Shown here piece by piece: positions 22,921 to 31,402 of a DNA stretch of 39,681 bases. The notes under the pieces were generated by a model. The model saw only the letters and a program-made list of their open reading frames with translations. It was not told the origin of the DNA and did not search any database. The DNA lies in the IMG/VR virus record IMGVR_UViG_3300045988_096728, positions 1 to 39,681 of that record; one strand, given 5' to 3'. How positions within the stretch are numbered: the stretch's first letter is position 1; each line of letters begins with the position of its first letter. Both the position numbers and the translations under genes were made by a program. Source of the DNA: a virus.

Positions 22921-23760
22921 CTATTTCTTATTGACTGTGAGAGTTGCAAGTGCATTCTTCTGGAGTACCTTGGCACCGCAAAGATGCAGACCTTTGACAG
23001 CATCTGAGAAGTTACTCTCTGGTCTGTAACCCTCTGTCTCAGTGATCTGTTCAGCGAATGTTGCGCCAGCATTCGTACCAGCAAGAATCTTGTACTTTGC
23101 ACCCTCTGTATTCGGCACATTGTTTGATACATAGATCTGGAAGCCTGCTGCAGCACCGATATGTCCACCCTGAAGGATAGCCATGTTGACATCTGTACCA
23201 TTGCCAACGAATCTTGAATCCTTCTGAAGGAGTCCATGATAGAATGGCGGCACAACTACCCAACGGCCTACTAATGGCACATTCTTCTCCGTGAGCTCTG
23301 TTCCCAGATCTACAAGACAATCATATGCATCATCCTTGGTCGGAACAACTGGAGATTCATCACTTCCGAGTGCTCCGGCGGCACCTGCTACCATGATTCC
23401 TGCAAGCAGTGAATCGATCGTATCATTCAAGGAATAGGCTGCTCTTGCCATAGCCTCGTTCATAAGCTTAGGATTTGTCTGAGCATTGTCCACATCCTTG
23501 ATGGCAAAATTGAAGTAATTTGCCTGATCAATAGTAAGTGTGTTCTGCTCACCTGTAAGCTCCTCTGGGTCATCAATAGCAGCTCCTGTATACTTCTTGA
23601 TTGTGATATCACCGATCTGGTTGATCTTTACAGTATCACCATACTGCTTGATCTCACCCTCATAGTCTCTGTTGACAAGACTTGCATATACATGCACCTT
23701 GTCAAGGTGTGCAAGAAGTCTTGCACTCCAAATCTGTGGAATAAAATTCTTTACTGACAT
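22921..23760 (-). CDS. major capsid protein (HK97 fold, P22-coat-like N-terminal motif)
   Basis: FIPQIWSARLLAHLDKVHVYASLVNRDYEGEIKQYGDTVKI is a typical N-terminus of this capsid family; follows the scaffold gene. Confidence 0.9.
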   Translation of the reverse strand: MSVKNFIPQIWSARLLAHLDKVHVYASLVNRDYEGEIKQYGDTVKINQIGDITIKKYTGAAIDDPEELTGEQNTLTIDQANYFNFAIKDVDNAQTNPKLMNEAMARAAYSLNDTIDSLLAGIMVAGAAGALGSDESPVVPTKDDAYDCLVDLGTELTEKNVPLVGRWVVVPPFYHGLLQKDSRFVGNGTDVNMAILQGGHIGAAAGFQIYVSNNVPNTEGAKYKILAGTNAGATFAEQITETEGYRPESNFSDAVKGLHLCGAKVLQKNALATLTVNKK

Positions 23761-23782
23761 ATTTCATCGTCCTTTCTGTTTA

Positions 23783-24442
23783 TTATTTGCTCTGTTTGAG
23801 GACTTTCTGCACCTCATCCCAGTTCGCATTGATCTCTTCCATGCTCATAGCCTTAATGCCATCCATAGTGAGCTTTGTTGTCTGGCTCTTATCTTTTGGT
23901 GCTGTTCCTCTCATTTTGTCGCTTACAGAATCCGCAACGGCTGTTCTGAAAGATGCTTCAAACTTATCAATCTTATCCGCTGTTTCTTCTGCTGTACTTC
24001 CGGTCAGAACTTCAGCAAATGAAGCATCCAGGCCTCTCTTCATCAGCTCCTTGCCTGTTGCAAGTACAAGCTGCTGTCTTTCAAATGCTTTCTTCTCAGC
24101 ATCAAAGGCGGCCTTATCCTTATCAAACTGATACTTAGCTCTCTGATCCGCTGTCATTTTCTCCAGCTTCTTCGCCTCGTCAAGGTTATCAAGAGCTTCC
24201 TTATCCCACTTTGCCTTAGCTGTTGTAAGTGCCTGTGTAACTCTCGCATCTGTTACTGACTGAACAGCCTTCTTGAACTCTGGTCTTGCCAGAATTTCCT
24301 CTGGTGTCATTGATTCCAAAACAGCCTCAAGTGTTGCAGTTCCTGCCTGATTCGGCTGTGTTCCCTGTGCCTGTACTCCGGTCTGATCTGCTCCGGTACC
24401 CTGCTGTGTCTGTGCGTTCATGTTCTGCTGTGTTTCATCCAT
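23783..24442 (-). CDS. capsid scaffolding protein (DUF4355-like)
   Basis: Gln-rich N-terminus, then charged coiled coil (..KAKWDKEALDNLDEAKKLEKMTADQRAKYQFDKDKAAFDAEKKAFE..); immediately upstream of the capsid gene; likely start ATG 24442. Confidence 0.8.
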   Translation of the reverse strand: MDETQQNMNAQTQQGTGADQTGVQAQGTQPNQAGTATLEAVLESMTPEEILARPEFKKAVQSVTDARVTQALTTAKAKWDKEALDNLDEAKKLEKMTADQRAKYQFDKDKAAFDAEKKAFERQQLVLATGKELMKRGLDASFAEVLTGSTAEETADKIDKFEASFRTAVADSVSDKMRGTAPKDKSQTTKLTMDGIKAMSMEEINANWDEVQKVLKQSK

Positions 24443-24474
24443 TTTTTTCTGTTTCCTTTCTCTTTGTGCCTGCC

Positions 24475-24525
24475 AGTTCATGCCTGCCAGTAGTCTATTG
24501 ATATATCCCCAGCAAGTTCATGCCT
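24475..24525. repeat. 11-mer AGTTCATGCCT repeated 40 bp apart upstream of the scaffold gene
   Basis: 24475..24485 and 24515..24525. Confidence 0.6.
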
Positions 24526-24558
24526 TGCTGTTGAGGTTTTAATGTCTTTTCCTTGACA

Positions 24559-24588
24559 ATAAAAAAGACCATGTTTTTATCATGGTCT
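24559..24588 (-). terminator. rho-independent terminator after the DUF2829 gene
   Basis: Minus strand: agaccatg-ataaaaa-catggtct ttttttatt. Confidence 0.7.
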
Positions 24589-24609
24589 GAATTAACAATT
24601 ATTCTGTTT

Positions 24610-25077
24610 CTACTCCACTATTACCCAATCTTCAGCAAGGCAATCGTTTATACTCGGCACCCACATAGAATGTGAACCATCAACACATCTGATCTGCAGA
24701 TATGGGTTACACTTGAATAAGTCACCCTCGCTGATTCCCCAGGCTTCTGCGGTCTGCTTGTTACATGGTATGCCATCAGGATATCCCTTCTGGAATACAA
24801 CAAACATTCCTTTGCCATTCCAACCCTTTCTTGCAACTCTGAAGCCCTTCTTGAGCATTTCAAGAGCAATCCCAAACGTCATGTTGTCACATGGTCTGTA
24901 TGCCTCATCAAACTGCTTCTCCGGTGACCAGCTCTCATACCCATCTGAATACTTGACAAGATATCCCTTATCGTTTGGATCTTCGTCTACCGGTATCTGC
25001 CAGCCCCTGTAGATGTTATATTCTCCTCTGGGCATCGGTCTTGCCTCAATCTGTTTTGTTCCAATATACTTCTGCAT
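24610..25077 (-). CDS. DUF2829 (Tad2-like) domain protein with an extra N-terminal domain
   Basis: C-terminal half MTFGIALEMLKKGFRVARKGWNGKGMFVV..PYLQI..DGS..WVPSINDCLAEDWVIVE is the DUF2829 signature; AGGAGG 8 nt upstream of ATG. Confidence 0.8.
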   Translation of the reverse strand: MQKYIGTKQIEARPMPRGEYNIYRGWQIPVDEDPNDKGYLVKYSDGYESWSPEKQFDEAYRPCDNMTFGIALEMLKKGFRVARKGWNGKGMFVVFQKGYPDGIPCNKQTAEAWGISEGDLFKCNPYLQIRCVDGSHSMWVPSINDCLAEDWVIVE

Positions 25078-25103
25078 TCTTTCATCCTCCTATTTTTGTG
25101 CAT

Positions 25104-25133
25104 TAAAAAAGCACCCTGCTACTGCGGAGTGCT
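25104..25133 (-). terminator. hairpin + T-run after the immunity-like gene
   Basis: Minus strand: aagcac(t)cc..gg(g)tgctt ttttt. Confidence 0.45.
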
Positions 25134-25135
25134 TG

Positions 25136-25330
25136 TTATAACATATCTAATATTGATTCACACATTTCACCTTCTTGGTTTGGCGAATAATCCTCATTGA
25201 ACCCTTTTTTCTGTAAATATTCCGAAACCTTTTCCTCAATCAATAAGATATCAGAATCAGAAATGTTTTCATGATTGATTGAAATTCCAATCTTTTTCAT
25301 GAACTCTATTTGATTGTTATTAAATTTCAT
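25136..25330 (-). CDS. putative immunity protein for the MuF C-terminal toxin domain
   Basis: 64 aa, acidic; ATG 25330 is 1 nt after the MuF stop with a GGTGGTGA SD inside the MuF 3' end; function inferred from position. Confidence 0.5.
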   Translation of the reverse strand: MKFNNNQIEFMKKIGISINHENISDSDILLIEEKVSEYLQKKGFNEDYSPNQEGEMCESILDML

Positions 25331-25331
25331 A

Positions 25332-26675
25332 TCAATCACCACCTTCATACTTTTTTCTAATCCTCGACCCGGTTTTCCACGTTGTAATTTCTGTATTTGT
25401 GTCAGGATTCATAATTACTGTTGCTTCCCTACCAATATATTTAATACTTTTTCTTCCGTATTCATCCATTACAACCTCGCCTTTAAATAGCGGATTCTGT
25501 AATGCATCTTGTATTGCTGCTTCCGAAATGTTTCTTTCTGCTTCTCTGTCTTCTGCATGTCTTGATTTATCTGCAAAAAACTGTAAATTCATTTTTATTA
25601 TATCATTTTCAGGTTTATTTTCAAGCGATGAGTTATTATCTTTCTTCTCCAACACATACTTCCTGTACCACTGTGCATAACTCATTTCAAACGGCACATG
25701 AATATTCTTGTTGGTCTCTTGATCTCTTGCAGTTCTCTCTTTAGGAAAAATCCCATCCTCTGGATATGCCATGGTTGTTGATCTGCAATTTGGATGCATC
25801 GGGGGGAAGTTTACACCTACTTCTGCTTTGGAAACGAAGAATACCTCTTTATCTAAGCTCCGACATATGGATGATGTCCTCATATCAAGTGTAGCAAGAT
25901 AAATATACCTGAGTGTCCCTGCCGCCTTGTATGACATCAATGTCCCCTGATTGCAACAGTGGTTCACCTCGGTGCGGATTACTCTGTTTATATTGTACCT
26001 GCCGCCGTCTATCTTCGCTTCCAGCGCAAGATCCATGTTCCTGATGCTCTGACCGGTCATAAGTCCCTGTGTTATGACCTGCTCAAGGCTTTTCGCCAGC
26101 ATGTCGGTATTCTTCCATATCCTTTTGGAATAGTTGGAGCCTGCCCATTCGGTCTCTATGGCTGCCTGTACATCCCTGTCAGCCAGCTTTGTAAAATCAA
26201 AACCGGACTCAATTCTGCGCTGCATATCATATATATTTCTGTAATAGCTCTGCTCATATGTATCTATAAGCCTGTTCTCAAGCCTTCTGTGCGCATCGGC
26301 ACCAACCATGTAAGCCTGTGAGTATACCAAATCTTTCAGAGCTTCCAGCCTTGATATTCTCGCCGCATAAGCCGGAGCATTGAGTCTTGCAAGTATTGCC
26401 TGTCTTGCAACTTCTTCCTGACACTGGGCAAGTGTGGTCATGAGATTGCGGCGCAATGTATCTGTCTGCTTCTCATTGAGCAATTTAAGCGCAGAATCCT
26501 GTGTCAAGCCGGAATCACGAGCATACTTATCAAATATCTCATCTATCTGCTTCTCTATGATCTCTATAGCCCCATCAAACAGCTTATTTACATGCATGAC
26601 ATCAACATCGGCTCTGTCCTGAGTGAGTTTTTCAAGATCTACGGCTCTCTTTTCCCAGTAGTTGTTGTCACTCAT
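25332..26675 (-). CDS. MuF/SPP1 gp7-like minor head protein fused to a C-terminal DUF4258/RelE-like toxin domain
   Basis: Follows the portal gene; ..RVIRTEVNHCCNQG..NFPPMHPNCRST.. is the MuF core; last 85 aa (25335..25589) NLQFFADKSRHAEDREAERNIS..IKYIGREATVIMNPDTNTEITTW fits the DUF4258 pattern. Confidence 0.8.
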   Translation of the reverse strand: MSDNNYWEKRAVDLEKLTQDRADVDVMHVNKLFDGAIEIIEKQIDEIFDKYARDSGLTQDSALKLLNEKQTDTLRRNLMTTLAQCQEEVARQAILARLNAPAYAARISRLEALKDLVYSQAYMVGADAHRRLENRLIDTYEQSYYRNIYDMQRRIESGFDFTKLADRDVQAAIETEWAGSNYSKRIWKNTDMLAKSLEQVITQGLMTGQSIRNMDLALEAKIDGGRYNINRVIRTEVNHCCNQGTLMSYKAAGTLRYIYLATLDMRTSSICRSLDKEVFFVSKAEVGVNFPPMHPNCRSTTMAYPEDGIFPKERTARDQETNKNIHVPFEMSYAQWYRKYVLEKKDNNSSLENKPENDIIKMNLQFFADKSRHAEDREAERNISEAAIQDALQNPLFKGEVVMDEYGRKSIKYIGREATVIMNPDTNTEITTWKTGSRIRKKYEGGD

Positions 26676-26682
26676 AGATCAC

Positions 26683-28197
26683 CTACTCTTTCTCTGAGCC
26701 TTTATCCCCGGTCTTATCCTCATCATCTTTGACAGGTGTTTCCATGTCCCTTACTCTCTGATTGCCAAAGGTTGCAAGATACTGCTGCTGTTCTTCGGCT
26801 TTCTGCTTCTTTACAGCTTCAAGCACCTCATCCACATCTTTGATGAACCACAGCTGTGACAGCAGCGTCTTATCATCCACAATGCCTCTGAGCTGTGTTA
26901 CCATGCTGATGATCGTTGGCTTGTCTATTGGCATAGCCACTGTGAATACCACATCAAGTTCTTTCTTGTCTATGAGAGGCATCTCCCCCTTAACATTAAG
27001 CCAGTGATTGTACATCTCAAACCGTTTCTTAAGTCCCTTTTCAAGGCTTCTCATCTTGTTTTTGACAAGCATATTCATGACCATAAGCTTAAGCATAAGA
27101 GCCTGTCCAGAGCTGTTCCCGGCAAAGTTCTCATCTGTCATATCAACGGTAAGTGTCATCTTGTGGATCTCCCGGATAATGTCATTACAGAGCACAGCAA
27201 CGCTGTTCTCATCGAATGCTTTCTGTATATATTCAATCTTTCCATCCAAAGGAAGACCATCCAGAAAGCGTTCCTTTTTAAGGTTCTTGGTATCCTCATC
27301 ATCCAATGTCATACCATACATGGCCAAAATACTGTTGACAAACTTCTTCTTGTCTGTCACACGATCGCTAAAGAGCTCATTGAGAGCATCCTGCATAGGA
27401 ATGATCTGCTCAAAGTCGCCCTGCCGCTCGTCATTGTTCTGATATTCCACAACAGGAACCTCACCAAAGAAATGTTCCTGCTCACTGCCCTCAACAAGAT
27501 AAAATTCAAAGTTATCAAGATCCTGACTCTTGTATTCTTTGATATTGTGGTCGTTGCATACTGTGATGGAATAATACTTGGATTCGTTCAAATCTTCCTG
27601 TATCTCGTAAATGATTGCAAACAACTTATTATGCTCTACAGTATTGTCTCTGACCATGATACAGTTCATTGGACTAACAACCGTACTTCGTGGCTCCGGG
27701 CTAGCATCACTATTCGCATAGAGCTGTTCATAAGCTTCTCCATATATGCCTATAGACTTACCTACCTTGGAATCTATCTCTGATATGGTTTCATTATCGT
27801 ATACATCCTGAATCCGGCTTATATCAATCTTCTGCGCCAGATCCGGATCATATAACTTTACACTACCATTCCTGATAGAAGCCTTTACGCCTCCATCAAG
27901 TTCCTTCCGCTTCTGATCGGCTTTATCTGCCTTATCACTGTTGTACTTGACCGGTTCACCAAGATAGTAACCAAGTCCGACATCAACCACATATTTGGCA
28001 TAGTTTACGTTGAATTTCACCGTATCCTCATCGTCGCTTTCATTCGGAGCAAATATTGCATGTCTGCCTTCATAGTAGTCCTTGCACTTAGCCCATCTGG
28101 CAAGTTGCCTTTTATGCTTCTGTATGAGGTATTTGAACACTTTTGAATCTATGTTGTCTAAGTCCGGTACCATTGCCGGATCTATGTATATTGCCAT
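26683..28197 (-). CDS. portal protein (SPP1 gp6 family)
   Basis: 504 aa directly after terL; N-terminal ..KRQLARWAKCKDYYEGRH.. and overall pattern are typical of SPP1-type portals. Confidence 0.9.
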   Translation of the reverse strand: MAIYIDPAMVPDLDNIDSKVFKYLIQKHKRQLARWAKCKDYYEGRHAIFAPNESDDEDTVKFNVNYAKYVVDVGLGYYLGEPVKYNSDKADKADQKRKELDGGVKASIRNGSVKLYDPDLAQKIDISRIQDVYDNETISEIDSKVGKSIGIYGEAYEQLYANSDASPEPRSTVVSPMNCIMVRDNTVEHNKLFAIIYEIQEDLNESKYYSITVCNDHNIKEYKSQDLDNFEFYLVEGSEQEHFFGEVPVVEYQNNDERQGDFEQIIPMQDALNELFSDRVTDKKKFVNSILAMYGMTLDDEDTKNLKKERFLDGLPLDGKIEYIQKAFDENSVAVLCNDIIREIHKMTLTVDMTDENFAGNSSGQALMLKLMVMNMLVKNKMRSLEKGLKKRFEMYNHWLNVKGEMPLIDKKELDVVFTVAMPIDKPTIISMVTQLRGIVDDKTLLSQLWFIKDVDEVLEAVKKQKAEEQQQYLATFGNQRVRDMETPVKDDEDKTGDKGSEKE

Positions 28198-28223
28198 TGC
28201 GTTTCCTTTCTGCTTGATAGCCT

Positions 28224-29477
28224 TTACAAGCCTCTCGGCTTCTTTCTAGGCTTCACACGGCTGTTTCTTCTTATATCTTCTATTGAGTATCTGAGTGCTG
28301 CCATTGCATCATCGAAAAATGGTACCGGCTCATCTGTATACTCATTTGTCTTCTGGTCAAGCTGCCACTTCCACTGCCGGATCTCATCATAGGTATTTGT
28401 ACAGCTATGATGTATATGTATCTTTGGTATCTGCTTCAGATAATCTATCTGAGCATGTACACTTCCCGGCTCTTTCAGAACTCCTCTGGCTCTCTTATAT
28501 CCAGCTTTCTGCCACATCTTGATTCTGTCCGGCTCCGCTGAATCGCAGTACATATTGAGCTTTTTATCAAACTGCTTTTCGGCTGCCATCTGTATAATCT
28601 CATTTGTGTCTTTCTCGTATACATAAAGCTCTTTGCATATATACAATTCGCCATCCTTGAATGCAACTTCAAGTAAAGCATTCGCATGATTGAATCCGAA
28701 ATCCTGTGCATTCACTACATAATCGAAGTTGCTGTGATCTGTATCAAAGTCCTCAACAACATAGTTTGTAAGGATAAGTCCGCCGACTTCTCCCCATTCT
28801 CCAAGTCCATACACTCTGTATCCTTCCGGATCTACTTTCTTACGTCTTTCCATTCTGGCTCTGTATGCCGCATCAATAAACCTGTTATTGACATAATTGC
28901 TGGAATGTGTCAGTACATTCTCATCCTCGATATCAAAGAAATTCTTCTTTATCCAGTGGGTTGCTGATACAGGGTTGAATGTCATCTTGATCTGGTAAAA
29001 CTGCCCCGGTGGCAGCTTACCTCTGAGACGGTCATCTATAATCTCAAAATCACTCTGCATAAGCTCTGTGGCTTCCTCTATCCATACATCCGTGAGCTTT
29101 CCACGCTTGAATGTGATAGATTTCAGCTTTTCTCGCTGTTTGTCATCATTCACACCTCTGAATATAATCTGATTGCCGTTTGCCTTGCATTCGATCATGA
29201 GTGGGTTCTGTTTGATAACAAAATACTTCTCATACTTATCACCGAACATACGAAAAATAGCACCCTGCAATTCTGCAAAAGTGCTATCCCTGTTTGTTAT
29301 ATCCGATTTTCTTACACATAATAAATTCCTGCCCGGGTCCTGAAGCAGTCTCAATATATAGTTAGTAGCTGTATCAACGCTTTTCCCAGATCCGGCTGAG
29401 CCTTTCATGACTATATATCTTCTCTTGCTCCTGTTCACTTCCTTAAATGCAGGATTGAGCTCAACTTTTATGTTCAT
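28224..29477 (-). CDS. terL: terminase large subunit (PBSX/Terminase_3 family)
   Basis: Walker A KGSAGSGKS near the N-terminus; 417 aa; C-terminal nuclease-type acidic motifs. Confidence 0.95.
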   Translation of the reverse strand: MNIKVELNPAFKEVNRSKRRYIVMKGSAGSGKSVDTATNYILRLLQDPGRNLLCVRKSDITNRDSTFAELQGAIFRMFGDKYEKYFVIKQNPLMIECKANGNQIIFRGVNDDKQREKLKSITFKRGKLTDVWIEEATELMQSDFEIIDDRLRGKLPPGQFYQIKMTFNPVSATHWIKKNFFDIEDENVLTHSSNYVNNRFIDAAYRARMERRKKVDPEGYRVYGLGEWGEVGGLILTNYVVEDFDTDHSNFDYVVNAQDFGFNHANALLEVAFKDGELYICKELYVYEKDTNEIIQMAAEKQFDKKLNMYCDSAEPDRIKMWQKAGYKRARGVLKEPGSVHAQIDYLKQIPKIHIHHSCTNTYDEIRQWKWQLDQKTNEYTDEPVPFFDDAMAALRYSIEDIRRNSRVKPRKKPRGL

Positions 29478-29494
29478 TCATTTATCACAACCTT

Positions 29495-30235
29495 CTATTC
29501 AAGCATGCTATCATCAAGCTCGATTGCCCACTTACAATTAGTTCCACCATCACTTGCCATATATTTTTTATTATCTAAAACAAACACATAGTGATCATCT
29601 GAATTTTTATTTATATCGCATCTGTACAAACCGTCGATGATTGCATTTTTATCCTTTAATGCGATTGCTGACATTAAAACGAGATTATCAGCAAATCCAT
29701 ACACATTACTTAAATTGTAAGATGCTGATGTGTTGTCAGACAATGAGAGCATATAGCTTCCGGCTGAAATATATCCATATACAGCAATTTTTTCATCAGT
29801 TCCAGCAACAGTTGCTACTGCTATACAATACGATAAATCAACATTTCCATCACTTGCAAATTTAAAAAGTGATGCTCCATTCTTCCCTGTTGCATAATTT
29901 AAAACTAATCTTTTGATAGAGGTCGAATTAGCAATCTGTACTCTGCACATTAAATTACTACCCATAGAAGTGCCTGTCGTTGCCTGATTATTGATATATC
30001 TACGAACTTCAAAATAGCCACTGGCAATCTGACATAACCAGCCATTTTCTGTGTTTTCTCCTTTATATAACAACCACTTACTACCACTCGTGATTATCAA
30101 TAAATTACAGCCTACCGCTGTAGCAATCTCTTGCATCTTATCATCTGTGATATCTGCCTCATATTCTTCCGAGCTGCTGCCCAGTGTAACCTTCGTTTTA
30201 TACAGTTTTATAGTCTTATACCCTAATATACTCAT
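29495..30235 (-). CDS. hypothetical beta-rich protein, partner of the collagen-like gene
   Basis: 246 aa; its ATG overlaps the upstream stop (TAATG) with AGGAGG 4 nt upstream; no motif recognised. Confidence 0.6.
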   Translation of the reverse strand: MSILGYKTIKLYKTKVTLGSSSEEYEADITDDKMQEIATAVGCNLLIITSGSKWLLYKGENTENGWLCQIASGYFEVRRYINNQATTGTSMGSNLMCRVQIANSTSIKRLVLNYATGKNGASLFKFASDGNVDLSYCIAVATVAGTDEKIAVYGYISAGSYMLSLSDNTSASYNLSNVYGFADNLVLMSAIALKDKNAIIDGLYRCDINKNSDDHYVFVLDNKKYMASDGGTNCKWAIELDDSMLE

Positions 30236-30969
30236 TATGCCTCCTGTTTTTCATACAAGCCATATATGGCTGTCAGTGAACCGTCTGCCTGTATCGTTGT
30301 ATCGACATATCCGCTCACTCCATATCCGACTGTTGGAATCTGCTGAATATTCTCTATCATCGTACTGAATGTTGCTGTGCTTGCTGTATTAACACCTTTC
30401 GCAGTGATAGCATCAGCAAGCTGTTCCTTGCTATCACTCACAGATTTTTTTACTTCAATCATCTCTTTCTCGATATCACTCTTAAACAGCTCATATTCTT
30501 TTCTTAATTCTGTATCATCGTATGGGTCGCCAGGATCTCCCTTGTCGCCCTTTTCCCCTTTCTCGCCCGGATCTCCTTTATCTCCCTTTTCTCCATCTGC
30601 TCCATCGTTTCCGTCTTTTCCGTTAAAATCTCCACGTTCGGCACGTTCTTCCATCAGAGCAACAGCAACATTGACCTTATTAACAAGATCTTCAAATGTT
30701 TCCTGTCTGGTCGGAGTATAAATATAATCAGGTGGTACCGGTCTTTCAGTGACATTAAATCTATATGCCGATCTTGTTCCATTCTTAAAGCATTCATATA
30801 CAGTATGTAAACCGCTCTCCTGAAGCAGCTCGTCTGGTATCATGCATTTACCATCTGATACCTCAACCCTATATACTTCTTCCTTGATCGTATAGTCTAT
30901 ATAGTTACCTTCAACCTGAATAAAATACTGGTCCGTATCCCACTGGTACAGCTTTTTACTTGTCTTCAT
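30235..30969 (-). CDS. collagen-like repeat protein (fibre-like; BppU-like N-terminal region possible)
   Basis: 11 uninterrupted GXY triplets GKDGNDGADGEKGDKGDPGEKGEKGDKGDPGDP; ACGGAGG 6 nt upstream of ATG 30969; C-terminal ..LADAITAKGVNTASTATFSTMIENIQQIP.. resembles fibre proteins. Confidence 0.8.
   Translation of the reverse strand: MKTSKKLYQWDTDQYFIQVEGNYIDYTIKEEVYRVEVSDGKCMIPDELLQESGLHTVYECFKNGTRSAYRFNVTERPVPPDYIYTPTRQETFEDLVNKVNVAVALMEERAERGDFNGKDGNDGADGEKGDKGDPGEKGEKGDKGDPGDPYDDTELRKEYELFKSDIEKEMIEVKKSVSDSKEQLADAITAKGVNTASTATFSTMIENIQQIPTVGYGVSGYVDTTIQADGSLTAIYGLYEKQEA
30523..30621 (-). repeat. GXY collagen-triplet coding repeat
   Basis: 33 codons with Gly at every third position. Confidence 0.9.
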
Positions 30970-31369
30970 TTTCAACCTCCGTGCTTACTGCTTCATTGTC
31001 GCCATAGGAAACATTGATATTTAATGTCATATCTTCACCCTCAGTATTCAGATTAATAATATCTTCCGGCCGCTGTCCTACTGTGTCTCGGATGAACTCT
31101 GCGCTGGCTATAGAACCTTTGAGAGCTTTCTGCACCTGTCCGATCAATATAGCATCCTGAACTGTTATATTTCTGCCCTTAATATCCGCTATATTCTTTA
31201 TATTATCTATATTAGTAACTGCGCCTTTCTTCAGGCTCATGGACAGGATCGTTTCAAGTGATTCTTTCATCTGCTTCTTTGCGGCTCTGGTCTTTCCTGA
31301 GTTGATTCCGCCTTTCTTTCCTGCTTCCTGCCGTTCTTCTTTTGTCATGTCTTTTATGCTCTTTCCCAT
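30956..31369 (-). CDS. putative terminase small subunit
   Basis: 137 aa; basic N-terminus ..EAGKKGGINSGKTRAAKK.. and ..ILIGQVQKALKGSIASAEFIRDTVGQRP.. resemble small terminases of Firmicute phages; ATG 31369 has AGGTGA 5 nt upstream. Confidence 0.5.
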   Translation of the reverse strand: MGKSIKDMTKEERQEAGKKGGINSGKTRAAKKQMKESLETILSMSLKKGAVTNIDNIKNIADIKGRNITVQDAILIGQVQKALKGSIASAEFIRDTVGQRPEDIINLNTEGEDMTLNINVSYGDNEAVSTEVENEDK

Positions 31370-31402
31370 CCATTTCACCTACCTTTCATATGATCAATTT
31401 AT

